NCBI RefSeq assembly: GCF_000803625.1
Contig: NZ_CP007496.1
Coordinates: 540,001 to 572,000 of the forward strand
Source of the DNA: Candidatus Nanosynbacter lyticus
Lineage (GTDB): Bacteria > Patescibacteriota > Saccharimonadia > Saccharimonadales > Saccharimonadaceae
Direction: 5' to 3'
Length of the DNA: 32,000 nucleotides
Part shown: positions 1 to 9,438 of the stretch, in pieces
Layout of the letters: the number at the start of each line of letters is the position of its first letter
How positions within the stretch are numbered: the first letter of the stretch is position 1
Position numbers and translations under genes: made by a program
Notes under the pieces: model-generated
Database searches by the model: none
Seen by the model: only the letters and a program-made list of their open reading frames with translations
Told to the model about the DNA's origin: nothing

Positions 1-298
1 CGACTACTTTATAGTCCTTCGGCAGTTGATTCAGATCAAACTGTAAAATATCTTCATTGATCACTTCCAGGTTTTTGCCGGGAAATTGTCCTGGCAACTT
101 GCGCGCCAAATCCGCGTCAAATTCTACCGCCACCACGCGCCCAGCTCGTGACAACAACCGACTAGTCAACGTGCCAAGTCCTGGCCCAATTTCCAAAACC
201 ACATCATCGTTACTCAGTTCCGCTGCCTCGGCAATTTCCGCCAATATTTCTGGGTCGCGCAACCAATGCTGCCCCAACTCTTTCTTTGGACCCGCCAT
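1..298 (-). CDS. rsmA: 16S rRNA (adenine1518-N6/adenine1519-N6)-dimethyltransferase, N-terminal part (runs off the left edge)
   Basis: Reverse-strand translation MAGPKKELGQHWLRDPEILAEIAEAAELSNDDVVLEIGPGLGTLTSRLL matches the KsgA N-terminus (LGQHWL and EIGPGLGTLT motifs). The ATG abuts the stop of the upstream gene at 299. Confidence 0.93.
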   Translation of the reverse strand, partial: MAGPKKELGQHWLRDPEILAEIAEAAELSNDDVVLEIGPGLGTLTSRLLSRAGRVVAVEFDADLARKLPGQFPGKNLEVINEDILQFDLNQLPKDYKVV

Positions 299-1321
299 CT
301 AGCGACCATCTCCATTCGTCCAGTCAGTCGCCAAATCAAAACCATGCGGATGACGCACGGCAAAGCCGCCGGTATCATACACCTTGCCAGGACCCATACT
401 GGTTTCCACCACCGAACAGCGCGGATAATTACCATAATTTGCCGCCACTAAAATATAGCCGTCCTTGTCTACTTTAGCGCCGTCTGCTCGCACCGTGTAG
501 CCACCGCCGCCGCAAGCATTAATCACCACATTCATCGGCAAATCGTAATAAGTCTCACGATGGGCCACGCCTTTAGAATCGGTAAATATCTGCGCGCCCT
601 TGCTTTTAGTCAGTGGGTTTTTAGGCTTGGTGCCAATTATTTCAACTTGCTTTTTTGGCTGCCGCATAATCTCACTAGACATTTCCCTACGTCCTACCTC
701 ACGCTCACCATCAACTTCAACTTGATACGTTATCTTTCGCACACCCTTCTCACCCAACTGCCTCACACTCTTAAAGCCAATTGGTTGAGAATCGTCCTTT
801 ATCTGTTCAATCTGAAAATCAATATCAGCTTCTTCCGTCACCGTTCGCTGTTTAGCTCGCTCAATCTTCATCACCAACCCCGCACCATTCACCAAAAGAT
901 TTTCAGAATTTGTAAACTGCGTCTTATCTTCACGATAAAGCGTCATTCCTGCAGCCTTAGCAATCAAAGCTGGTGTTTGTTCGGCAGTGGTAATTTTTAA
1001 GCGTTTATTACCGTCAACGATTGTTATTGGGCGGGCGCGGAAGATGTTAACCTGGTATTTTGAACCTGTGAGCTCCATATCAATATTTGGTTCAACGGTG
1101 TCCATTTTCTCATCAATAGAAATCTTAGCGGCCTGCAGAGCCTGACGCACCGTTAAAGCATTTGTCACAATTGTTTTTTCTTCGCCACGATCATATACAC
1201 GAACCAAATGTCTACTAGGACTTTTTCCTTCGGCAAACGACAACATTGGCATTGCAAGCATAATCAACATAGCAAAGCCAATAATTTTTCCAAAAAATAA
1301 ACCTTTTGCTCGCATAATCAA
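299..1321 (-). CDS. Secreted G5/DUF348 (YabE-like) protein with a C-terminal 3D-like (RlpA/double-psi barrel) domain
   Basis: Signal/TM-like N-terminus, DUF348-type repeats (VRVYDRGEEKTIVTNALTVRQALQAAKISID), a G5-like segment, C-terminal DTGG...FDLATD resembling the 3D motif. The ORF opens with TTG at 1321; an in-frame ATG at 1315 is more likely. Confidence 0.78.
   Translation of the reverse strand: MIMRAKGLFFGKIIGFAMLIMLAMPMLSFAEGKSPSRHLVRVYDRGEEKTIVTNALTVRQALQAAKISIDEKMDTVEPNIDMELTGSKYQVNIFRARPITIVDGNKRLKITTAEQTPALIAKAAGMTLYREDKTQFTNSENLLVNGAGLVMKIERAKQRTVTEEADIDFQIEQIKDDSQPIGFKSVRQLGEKGVRKITYQVEVDGEREVGRREMSSEIMRQPKKQVEIIGTKPKNPLTKSKGAQIFTDSKGVAHRETYYDLPMNVVINACGGGGYTVRADGAKVDKDGYILVAANYGNYPRCSVVETSMGPGKVYDTGGFAVRHPHGFDLATDWTNGDGR
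954..1051. repeat. Copy 1 of a 98-bp near-identical direct repeat shared by the two G5/DUF348 genes (copy 2 at 2141-2238)
   Basis: Ungapped comparison by eye gives 4 mismatches in 98 bp; identity drops at both ends. Confidence 0.85.
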
Positions 1322-1371
1322 TCAGCATCTCACAGAGTGCATTAAGGGGATTATACCAAATTACGAGATTA

Positions 1372-2538
1372 TTATCTATAGATGTCCTGCAAACCCATCT
1401 TTATCTTGCAAGTAGGCCACGGGCTCCAACCACGCCTTTGGTATAATTTCCAAGCGGCTTCATCTTGTTCAGCCGGCGTGGCATTACCGTACTTGCTCGG
1501 GTCGGCAACCGACGCCCACGTGCCTCTATTAAACTGATAAGCACCGTAATAGCCATTTCCAGTATTTGAAGTATAACTGCCCTCACAACTCCTTAGTCGA
1601 GATAACGCTTCAGAAAAACTGCCAGAAAATGTGTTCGAGCTTTTGGCGCCTACGATCTCAATCTGTTTTTTAGACTCCTTCGTTATAACGCTAGCGATCT
1701 CCTTACGGCTGACCTCTACTCCATTTTTCATCTCAATTTCATAAGTGACATTTTTCTTGCCATTTTCACCAGCCTGTTTTACTTCCCGATAGCCCAAATC
1801 TCGGTTAGCATCCTGAACTTTTTCAGTCTGGAATTTCACATCTTCCTCCACGGTCACGGTTTGCTTACCATTGCGCCACAATTCAATTTTCATTCCGGGC
1901 ACGATTCTTGCCGACTGATCAACAGATAGCGTATCATCTTTCTGTAAGGTAATATTTTTATCATTCAATAACTCATCGACTGTTTTTGCGTGAGTACGAA
2001 CCACAGACTCCTTACCATATAAAACAAAATTCACCACAGACGCCCGCTCTACTTTCATGACTGTGTCTGCGCCATCAACCACTACGTTATCACCTTTACC
2101 CATTGTGGTTTTATCCTCAGTAAAAACCTCAATTCCCGCCGCCTTCGCAATCAAAGCTGGTGTTTGTTCGGCGGTGGTAATTTTTAAGCGTTTATTACCG
2201 TCAACAATTGTTATTGGGCGAGCGCGGAAGATGTTAACGTTATATTTCTCAGCCACCATCTCCGAATCTAAGCCAGGCTCAACGACGTCTTGCCGTTCAT
2301 CAATAGAAATCTTAGCCAATTTTAAAGCCTCACGAACTGTCCGCGCTTTAGTAACAATTGTCTTTTCGACGCCTCTATCGTATATATTAACCAATCTTTC
2401 GCCAGCCTTAGCAACTGGTTTAGCCGTGTCAGCCAAAGCTTGATTGACAAATAATAAACCACCAACCAGCGTCAATATAGCGCCAGCGGTGAGCATAATT
2501 TTAGTTGAATAATATCTTGCTTGTAATCTTAAATTCAT
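1372..2538 (-). CDS. G5/DUF348 protein with a C-terminal resuscitation-promoting-factor-like (lysozyme-fold) domain
   Basis: C-terminus LRSCEGSYTSNTGNGYYGAYQFNRGTWASV...RRGWSPWPTC matches the Rpf core (CE, NTGNGYYG, QF..TW, W..WP.C). Two DUF348 repeats and a G5-like segment precede it. Confidence 0.88.
   Translation of the reverse strand: MNLRLQARYYSTKIMLTAGAILTLVGGLLFVNQALADTAKPVAKAGERLVNIYDRGVEKTIVTKARTVREALKLAKISIDERQDVVEPGLDSEMVAEKYNVNIFRARPITIVDGNKRLKITTAEQTPALIAKAAGIEVFTEDKTTMGKGDNVVVDGADTVMKVERASVVNFVLYGKESVVRTHAKTVDELLNDKNITLQKDDTLSVDQSARIVPGMKIELWRNGKQTVTVEEDVKFQTEKVQDANRDLGYREVKQAGENGKKNVTYEIEMKNGVEVSRKEIASVITKESKKQIEIVGAKSSNTFSGSFSEALSRLRSCEGSYTSNTGNGYYGAYQFNRGTWASVADPSKYGNATPAEQDEAAWKLYQRRGWSPWPTCKIKMGLQDIYR
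2141..2238. repeat. Copy 2 of the 98-bp direct repeat (copy 1 at 954-1051)
   Basis: See copy 1. Confidence 0.85.
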
Positions 2539-2566
2539 ACGTCATAAGCGCCACGGCGCAGATATT

Positions 2567-2575
2567 ATTATATCA
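2567..2575 (-). promoter_or_regulatory. Extended -10 (TGATATAAT) for the Rpf-like gene; its TGA is the pcrA stop codon
   Basis: Reverse strand TGATATAAT 28 nt upstream of the ATG at 2538. Confidence 0.5.
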
Positions 2576-4675
2576 AATTTTCTCCAGGCGCGCGAATTCA
2601 ACATTCAACTTCTTAATGTTTCCGTCGTCAAATTTCACCGTCACGCCAAGACCTTCGCTATCAATAATTTCACCTGAACCGAAGCTTGGGCTGCGAACAC
2701 GATCGCCCACCTCTAATCCAATATCCTCCGCATAAAATTCAGGCTCTATCATCGGTTGAGCTGGCTTATCGACCCCACCCGCTAACAGCCCCATTTCATC
2801 CAAGAATCGCGACGGCACATTATAGCCAATCTGCCCAAACTGTGTCCGGGAGTTAGCACAGCTAACAAACAATTCCTCTCGCGCCCTAGTTACCCCCACA
2901 TAACACAGCCGACGCTCTTCCTCAATATCGTCAGCCTTACCACTATCAAACACTCGTGCGTGTGGCAAAATTCCCTCTTCCAGCCCCGCCAAGAAAACCA
3001 CCGGAAATTCTAATCCTTTGGCAGCATGTAGCGTCATCAAAGTCACCTGCTGATCAGCTGTAGTATCCGCCGAAGACATCAGCGCCATTTCTTCTAGGAA
3101 AGTCGCCACATCAACATAAGCCTTCGCCTCCGCTACGAGAACACCAGTATTTTCCATCCGTTCATCGGCCTGAGGCGTGCCGTCATTGATAAAATCTCCA
3201 TAACCAGTTTGTTTCATTATCTTTTCAATTAACTCTGCTGGCGAACCATCAATTTCCCGCTGTAATTCCTCCAGGATTTTTCCCAACTCTAGCAAAGGTC
3301 GTTTTGCTCGCGCCGTCAAATTATCCGCCTCTTCAACCGCCAAAAGACCACCGATTATATCTCGGCCCGAAGCCGCGTTCCATTCCAAAAACTTAGCCAT
3401 ACTGACTGCGCCGATTCCACGCTTTGGAGTATTGACGATTCGCAAAAAACTAACCCGATCACTTGGCTGATACAGTAAACGCAGGTAAGCCAGCACATCT
3501 TTAATGACCGCCCGATCCAAAAACCTTAGACCACCAACAATTTTATACGGAACATAACTCTGCCTAAGCGCCCGCTCAATCGCATAGCTCTGGGCATTTG
3601 TCCGATACAAAACCGCCACATCGCCATACTGGCGGCCATTAGCAATTTGCGCCTGAATCTCATTTGCAATAGCTATCGCTTCTTCCGACTCGCTATACAG
3701 TTGCCATAACTTTGGATCAACGCCGTCACCATTTGCCGTCCACAAATTCTTGTCAGTCCGATGGATATTGTGGCTAATTAGTGAATTTGCCATATTTAAG
3801 ATTGCGCCCGTCGAGCGATAATTTTGCTCCAATTTAACCACGGTTGTCCCCGGAAAATCGCGCTCAAAATTAAGAATATTCGTATAATCAGCGCCACGAA
3901 AACTATAAATCGACTGCGCGTCATCACCAACCACACACAAATTACGCCGTTCGTTAACCAATAATTTTATTAGCGCGTACTGCACAGCATTTGTGTCCTG
4001 ATACTCATCAATTAGAATGTACTCAAACTGACGCTGCCATTTCTGGCGAATATCCGACTTGGATCGTAATAGCTCCACGGTCTTTATCAATAGATCATCG
4101 AAGTCGAGCGCCGCCACCTCTTTCAAGGATTTTTCATAGGCGAAGAACAACTCAGCAATTTTCTGCTCGCGAGGACCGCGCGCCGACATTGAAAAATCTT
4201 CCGCGCTGCGCATTTCATTTTTAGCGTTTGAGATAACTGACAGCACTGCCCGTGGCTTAATATCTTTATCCGTCAGACCGCGCGCTTTCATAATCTGTTT
4301 CATCAGGCTTACTTGATCGTCAGTATCGTAGATTAAAAACCGCCTGTCCAGCCCAATACTTGCGCCGTCCATCCTTAGTATCCGTACACAAATACTATGA
4401 AACGTCCCCATCCACGGCATAAATTGACGATTATCAGCGTTCTCACTCAGCAACTGTGCCAATCGCTGCCGCATTTCCTTAGCCGCTTTATTAGTAAAGG
4501 TTACTGCTAAAATTCGACTAGGAAAAACCTTCAGTTCACCGATCAAATAAGCAATTCGATGTGTCAGTGTTTTTGTTTTTCCAGAACCAGCGCCCGCCAA
4601 AATCAATAGCGGTCCGTCGCCATGCGTCACCGCCCGAGCTTGCTCGTCATTTAAACCATCCGTAAAATTAGTCAT
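2573..4675 (-). CDS. pcrA: UvrD/PcrA-type DNA helicase (SF1)
   Basis: LNDEQARAV, AGAGSGKTKTLTHRIAYLI, IDEYQDTN, GDDAQSIYSFRGAD, LMTLHAAKGLEFPVVFL motifs over 700 aa. Confidence 0.95.
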   Translation of the reverse strand: MTNFTDGLNDEQARAVTHGDGPLLILAGAGSGKTKTLTHRIAYLIGELKVFPSRILAVTFTNKAAKEMRQRLAQLLSENADNRQFMPWMGTFHSICVRILRMDGASIGLDRRFLIYDTDDQVSLMKQIMKARGLTDKDIKPRAVLSVISNAKNEMRSAEDFSMSARGPREQKIAELFFAYEKSLKEVAALDFDDLLIKTVELLRSKSDIRQKWQRQFEYILIDEYQDTNAVQYALIKLLVNERRNLCVVGDDAQSIYSFRGADYTNILNFERDFPGTTVVKLEQNYRSTGAILNMANSLISHNIHRTDKNLWTANGDGVDPKLWQLYSESEEAIAIANEIQAQIANGRQYGDVAVLYRTNAQSYAIERALRQSYVPYKIVGGLRFLDRAVIKDVLAYLRLLYQPSDRVSFLRIVNTPKRGIGAVSMAKFLEWNAASGRDIIGGLLAVEEADNLTARAKRPLLELGKILEELQREIDGSPAELIEKIMKQTGYGDFINDGTPQADERMENTGVLVAEAKAYVDVATFLEEMALMSSADTTADQQVTLMTLHAAKGLEFPVVFLAGLEEGILPHARVFDSGKADDIEEERRLCYVGVTRAREELFVSCANSRTQFGQIGYNVPSRFLDEMGLLAGGVDKPAQPMIEPEFYAEDIGLEVGDRVRSPSFGSGEIIDSEGLGVTVKFDDGNIKKLNVEFARLEKI

Positions 4676-4679
4676 GTAT

Positions 4680-5963
4680 CTATTTTATCAGCAAAAAGTA
4701 GGAAACAGCACCACCAGCAACACCGACTACTAGGAATAAAATAATTAACAACAGAGTTAGCAGACCAGTTTTCTTCTTTTCTTCGCTGCGGGGCGGCTTT
4801 ACTTCCGTAGATACCGCAGCAAACATAGGCGCTGGCTCAGAGTCGACCATTTCATTTTCAGAAGAATATTGCTGTGGCGTGTCATTAGACCGAGAGGCAG
4901 GCGAGCTAGGCTGCATATTAGATTCACTATCAGCAACTTCATTCATTTCTGATACACCAGGGATGCCCGCTTCTTCAATTGCTATAATTTCTGGACTGAG
5001 GTCCATCATTGAATCTGGAGTCTCACTTAAAGCTTCCTTATCCATAGTGTAATTAGATAAATCAGAATTATACTGATGGCTCAATTTCATATCTTCCAAG
5101 CCTACAGACCCAGACTCAAGCTCGTCTTCCTCTACGCCAGATTCAGACTCTATAGAGCTTTGATCAACAGCACCAAGAGGCCTCTTCTCGACTTCAACAT
5201 TGGCAATAAATGGAGACTCTAACGGTTCGGCTATTGGAGAAGCGACAGAATCATTGCTTTCAGATAATGACTGCGCTATCTTATCGGTCAATGATAGCTC
5301 TTCAACAGGAGCGTCTTCTATCGCCGCAAGAGCCGACTCGTTCTGTATGTCCTCTAAATCAGGAGCATCGTCTAAACTATCAAGCTGATTATCTACAGCC
5401 GACAACTCCTCCTCAACCGGTGAAGTGCTACCTGTCATATTAACTACATCCACCAAATCAGCTGAAGGCTGAATTGATACGCCAGTTCGAGATGGCGCCG
5501 ACGATGCTGACTTCTGAATATTGTTAACCGATGACGGACGAACGACATCCATGAATCGGCCCGTCGGGCGCCTGGCAATTACTGGGGAAGTTTTATTTTC
5601 TTTTGGCGTCGAATCTGGGGTTTGATCAAGTGTACTGCTAGGCGCAACAGTAGCGGCGGGTGCAGAAATGATCTCAGGTTTTTCAACCAGACTATCCTGA
5701 GGAGACTGCTGTTCCGATTTAGGCTCAGCACTTGACACTAAAGAATTTGAGTTAGAAGAAGGCGAGTCTAAAGCAGGAGCAAAAGGCGTAACTGGCGGCG
5801 CAAAACTTGAGCCAACAGTACTAGTTTCTATGGTTTTGTTCTCCTCCACAGAAGGTGTTTCGACGTCATGCTTTACTTCGGCATCCACTGAATTCTTTTC
5901 TTGCTGCTTACTCATTAGAGAATTAACCGCTCTATCCAACTCGTCAAAATCAATATCTGTCAT
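4680..5963 (-). CDS. Acidic, Ser/Pro/Glu-rich low-complexity protein with a C-terminal transmembrane helix
   Basis: 427 aa; long E/D/S-rich region, then KKKTGLLTLLLIILFLVVGVAGGAVSYFLLIK at the extreme C-terminus. Lies 13 nt after the tpiA stop and 4 nt before pcrA. Confidence 0.75.
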   Translation of the reverse strand: MTDIDFDELDRAVNSLMSKQQEKNSVDAEVKHDVETPSVEENKTIETSTVGSSFAPPVTPFAPALDSPSSNSNSLVSSAEPKSEQQSPQDSLVEKPEIISAPAATVAPSSTLDQTPDSTPKENKTSPVIARRPTGRFMDVVRPSSVNNIQKSASSAPSRTGVSIQPSADLVDVVNMTGSTSPVEEELSAVDNQLDSLDDAPDLEDIQNESALAAIEDAPVEELSLTDKIAQSLSESNDSVASPIAEPLESPFIANVEVEKRPLGAVDQSSIESESGVEEDELESGSVGLEDMKLSHQYNSDLSNYTMDKEALSETPDSMMDLSPEIIAIEEAGIPGVSEMNEVADSESNMQPSSPASRSNDTPQQYSSENEMVDSEPAPMFAAVSTEVKPPRSEEKKKTGLLTLLLIILFLVVGVAGGAVSYFLLIK

Positions 5964-5976
5964 ATGCCCCCTATTT

Positions 5977-6735
5977 TTAACCTTTATGCGCCTTTGAAAT
6001 TATCTCCTTAAATTGATATGCGTCTAAGCTTGCCGCCCCCACTAATAAACCATCAAGTTCGTCAATCGCCAAGTAGTCTGCAGCGCTCGCTGGCGTAATA
6101 CTGCCTCCGTACAAAATACGCACTGATTCTGCCGCCTTTTTGCCATACAGATGGGAAATGTGCCGCCGAATCATTTGTGTGGCTTTTTTTACATCAATAG
6201 CCTTAGCATTATCACCAGTACCAATTGCCCAAACCGGCTCATAAGCCACAACCACTTCGCCAAGCTCTTCCGCCGTGACATTTGCCAATCCACTAGTCAG
6301 CTGATCCGCTAAAACATCTTTTGTTTCGCCAAGCGTTCGCTCTTGAATAGTCTCGCCAATACACAGGACTGGACGTATCCGATTACGAATCGCCGCCTGA
6401 ACTTTCAACCGGATATCCTTCTCGCTCTCAATAAAAATATATCGTCTTTCTGAATGTCCAATTAGAACATAATCAGCAATTCCCCGAAGATGCGCCACCG
6501 GAGTCTCGCCAGTGTAAGCCCCAGAGTCTCGCCAATAGCAGTTTTGGGCTGCCAATTTAGCAATCCGCCGATTGATCTGCAAACTTAAACTCTGCAGCGT
6601 CAAAATCGTAGGCGCCAATACCACTTCAACATCCCGATGAGACGGCAGCATATTCATTAGCTTATGCAAATATAAGCTTGCCTCATGCATATTGAAGTTC
6701 ATTTTCCAGTTACCGATAATTAACTTTTTTCTCAT
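5977..6735 (-). CDS. tpiA: Triosephosphate isomerase
   Basis: IIGNWKMN, GHSERR, YEPVWAIGTG, ILYGGSI, DGLLVGAASL motifs. AAGGA precedes the ATG. Confidence 0.96.
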   Translation of the reverse strand: MRKKLIIGNWKMNFNMHEASLYLHKLMNMLPSHRDVEVVLAPTILTLQSLSLQINRRIAKLAAQNCYWRDSGAYTGETPVAHLRGIADYVLIGHSERRYIFIESEKDIRLKVQAAIRNRIRPVLCIGETIQERTLGETKDVLADQLTSGLANVTAEELGEVVVAYEPVWAIGTGDNAKAIDVKKATQMIRRHISHLYGKKAAESVRILYGGSITPASAADYLAIDELDGLLVGAASLDAYQFKEIISKAHKG

Positions 6736-6759
6736 GAGATAATCCTTATGCTTAGTTTA

Positions 6760-7998
6760 TCACCTCATGCCGTATGAGTCTAGTAAACTTTCAATTCCGG
6801 GCAATTTTTTACCAGCCATCAAGGCCATACTAGCACCGCCACCAGTGGAAACGTGCGTGAAGCTAGCCCCATCATGACCATCCCACTTCAATATAAAATC
6901 CGCCGTATCCCCGCCGCCAACAATTGAAGTCGCCTCATTATTCTGGGCAATCGCTAGGGCAGCTCGTGCTGAACCAATCGCAAAATTATCAATTTCTGCA
7001 TATCCCAGCGGCCCATTCCAAATAACAGTTTTGGCGTCCGCTAATATTTTTGTAAAAGTCTCAATCGTCTGACTGCCAATATCAAGTGCCATATCATCAC
7101 CTTTTATGTGATCAACGCTAACTTCTCGTCTGTGACAATCTTTAGAAATCTCTTTCGCCACCGCCACATCCACTGGTAAAACCAAAAACTTATCGACATT
7201 CTCGGGGCCAACTTTAGCGGCTGCCAGGTCATAGATTTCTGACACAACCTTCTCCATCCCCGGCTCAAAAACACTCTTGCCAATATTTACACCACGACAA
7301 TGAAGAAACGTATTTGACATTGCGCCGCCTATTAAAATTCGGTCAGCTTTTTTTATCAAGCGCTTTATCAGAGAAATTTTGTCGCTTACTTTTGCACCGC
7401 CGATAATTGCCACCAGCGGATGCTTAGGACTACTCATCGCTTTAGTTATCGTTATGTATTCTTTCTCGAGCAATAAACCTGCTAACCCTGGCACGCAAAG
7501 AGAAATGGCATGCGTGCTAGCGTGCGCTCGATGCGCCACCGCAAATCCATCCTGCACAAAGTAATCCGCCCGAACCGCTCGCTGAATCGACTTAGCAAAC
7601 ACCAAATCATCCGCCTCTTCTTCGTCATAAAAACGCAGATTTTCCAGCATAATGACACTTCCCAGTGGCGCACGGCGAACAGTCTGGCGAACTGATTCGC
7701 CTACACAATCGCCCAGCAGCCTCACCGGACGACCCAGCAATTTAGACAGATGATCCGCTACAACCTTCAAACTAAGTTTAGGATCCCTACCCTTTGGTCG
7801 CCCCAAATGCGACATGACAATAACCTTACAATTCTGCTCCAGAAGATAGCGCAAGGTGGGCAGCGAAGCACGAATTCTTAGGTCGTCAGAAATTTGACCG
7901 CGCTTTGTTAGCGGAACGTTATAATCAGATCGCAGAAGAATAGTCTTGCCGCGTAAATCAACATCGCGAATCGTTTGCTTTGGAAATTTTCTGCCCAC
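6760..7998 (-). CDS. pgk: Phosphoglycerate kinase (GTG start)
   Basis: LLRSDYNVPL, MSHLGRPKG, IIGGAKVSDK, VWNGPLGY, GGGDTADF, STGGGASMALMAGKKLPG. TAAGGA SD overlaps the pyk stop. Confidence 0.95.
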   Translation of the reverse strand: MGRKFPKQTIRDVDLRGKTILLRSDYNVPLTKRGQISDDLRIRASLPTLRYLLEQNCKVIVMSHLGRPKGRDPKLSLKVVADHLSKLLGRPVRLLGDCVGESVRQTVRRAPLGSVIMLENLRFYDEEEADDLVFAKSIQRAVRADYFVQDGFAVAHRAHASTHAISLCVPGLAGLLLEKEYITITKAMSSPKHPLVAIIGGAKVSDKISLIKRLIKKADRILIGGAMSNTFLHCRGVNIGKSVFEPGMEKVVSEIYDLAAAKVGPENVDKFLVLPVDVAVAKEISKDCHRREVSVDHIKGDDMALDIGSQTIETFTKILADAKTVIWNGPLGYAEIDNFAIGSARAALAIAQNNEATSIVGGGDTADFILKWDGHDGASFTHVSTGGGASMALMAGKKLPGIESLLDSYGMR

Positions 7999-8009
7999 CC
8001 AGTTTTTCC

Positions 8010-9431
8010 TTATGACAATGTTTTAACTTGGATATTGTCAGTTCGACCTGGCTCTGGATGGTGTCCGCTCACCAGCACAACCGTTACTGGGTCTTTACCA
8101 AAATAGCCTTCCTGCTTCAGCTCTTCAGCCAATTTAATGGCTGCGTCCGTATTATTTGGTCGAACATAAGGACGAGAGGCGTAACTTAACGCTAACTTTT
8201 GTGCAGTTTTAACATTTTCAGTCACACAAACAATTGGCAAATTAGGACGATATGCACCAACATTTGCGGCAGTTGCCCCAGTGTTGGTTTCTGCGATAAT
8301 AGCTCGTGCTTTAATTCTTCTTGCTAATTGTGCTGCTGTGTAGCTTAAAATCGCGTCAGTCTTCTCGCGCATTTCAGCCTTTTCTACCAGCATCACTTCG
8401 CTATGTTCTTGGGTGTAAATAATCGTCTTTCGCATTGCTTGGACGGTTTCAATAGGATATTTACCATTGGCAGTTTCATCAGACAACATAACTACGTCTG
8501 CGCCCTGAATAACAGCATTCGCCACGTCGCTTACTTCGGCGCGGCTTGGCTCTGGATTATCAACCATGCTACCCATCATTTGCGTGGCAACAATAACCAA
8601 CTTACAATATTTACGACACAGAGCGATAATCCGACGCTGCATAACTGGCACAATTTCCGCACCAGCCTCCACCGCCAAGTCACCGCGAGCCACCATCACG
8701 CCGTCACTAGCCTTAACAATTTCCTCCAAGTTCTCTGGTTCAACAGCGGACTTGGTTTCAATCTTAGCAATAATATCAGCAGTTGAACCTAGCTCTACCA
8801 ACCGACGGCGCAAATCGATAATATCATCGGCTTTCTGCACGAAGCTCAGCGCCACATAGTCAAAGTCCTGACCTGCGGCCCATTCCAAATCGGCAATATC
8901 TTTCGGGGTTAAAATATCACCGCCAAAATCCGTATCCGGCAAGTTAAGTCCCTTACGGCTCATCAAAAAGCCATCATTCTGAACCTCAACACGGATTGCA
9001 GTTGGACTAACAATTTCCCGCACAATCGTCTTAATTTTACCGTCAAACATATAGAGCGGTTCATCGACTTTCATCTTTTCTGCCAAATTGTACTGCACCG
9101 GCAGATTAAAGCTGCCGTCGTGCTCGGTAATTTCCGAATCCAAAAATAGCATATCGCCAGCCTTAACGTTCAACATATTATCCTTTAAGACACCTAAGCG
9201 GATTTTCGGACCTTGCAAATCTTGCAGAATCGCTACTGGCTTACCGAGCTGCTCACTGGCAGTACGCACCCAGTTGATTTGCTCAATTCGCTCCTCATTA
9301 GCGCCGTGGCTAAAATTCATGCGAATACCGTTAACGCCGGCGTCAAGCAGCTGATAGACCTTTTCTTGGCTAAACGTTGCCGGACCAATTGTTGCTAATA
9401 TTTTTGTTCGTTTAAATATATTCTCGCTCAT
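8010..9431 (-). CDS. pyk: Pyruvate kinase
   Basis: KRTKILATIGPATFS, GVNGIRMNFSHG, VMVARGDLAVE, ATQMMGSMVDNPEPSRAEVSDVANAV. The ORF track start at 9536 is probably too long; the ATG at 9431 sits 7 nt after TGATATAAT. Confidence 0.95.
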   Translation of the reverse strand: MSENIFKRTKILATIGPATFSQEKVYQLLDAGVNGIRMNFSHGANEERIEQINWVRTASEQLGKPVAILQDLQGPKIRLGVLKDNMLNVKAGDMLFLDSEITEHDGSFNLPVQYNLAEKMKVDEPLYMFDGKIKTIVREIVSPTAIRVEVQNDGFLMSRKGLNLPDTDFGGDILTPKDIADLEWAAGQDFDYVALSFVQKADDIIDLRRRLVELGSTADIIAKIETKSAVEPENLEEIVKASDGVMVARGDLAVEAGAEIVPVMQRRIIALCRKYCKLVIVATQMMGSMVDNPEPSRAEVSDVANAVIQGADVVMLSDETANGKYPIETVQAMRKTIIYTQEHSEVMLVEKAEMREKTDAILSYTAAQLARRIKARAIIAETNTGATAANVGAYRPNLPIVCVTENVKTAQKLALSYASRPYVRPNNTDAAIKLAEELKQEGYFGKDPVTVVLVSGHHPEPGRTDNIQVKTLS

Positions 9432-9438
9432 TTTTAAA

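Noticed and set aside
560-1000. Plus-strand 146-aa ORF in the track
   Set aside because: Antisense to the G5/DUF348 gene, no motif, low-complexity content; shadow ORF.
954-2238. 98-bp repeats considered as an insertion element or recombination site
   Set aside because: Both copies are in frame inside homologous coding domains and encode a shared peptide; no terminal repeats or recombinase.
2057-2443. Plus-strand 128-aa ORF
   Set aside because: Antisense to the DUF348 region of the Rpf-like gene; shadow ORF.
8403-8859. Plus-strand ORFs of 127 and 97 aa opposite pyk
   Set aside because: The reverse strand encodes well-conserved pyruvate kinase motifs throughout; no evidence for overlapping coding.
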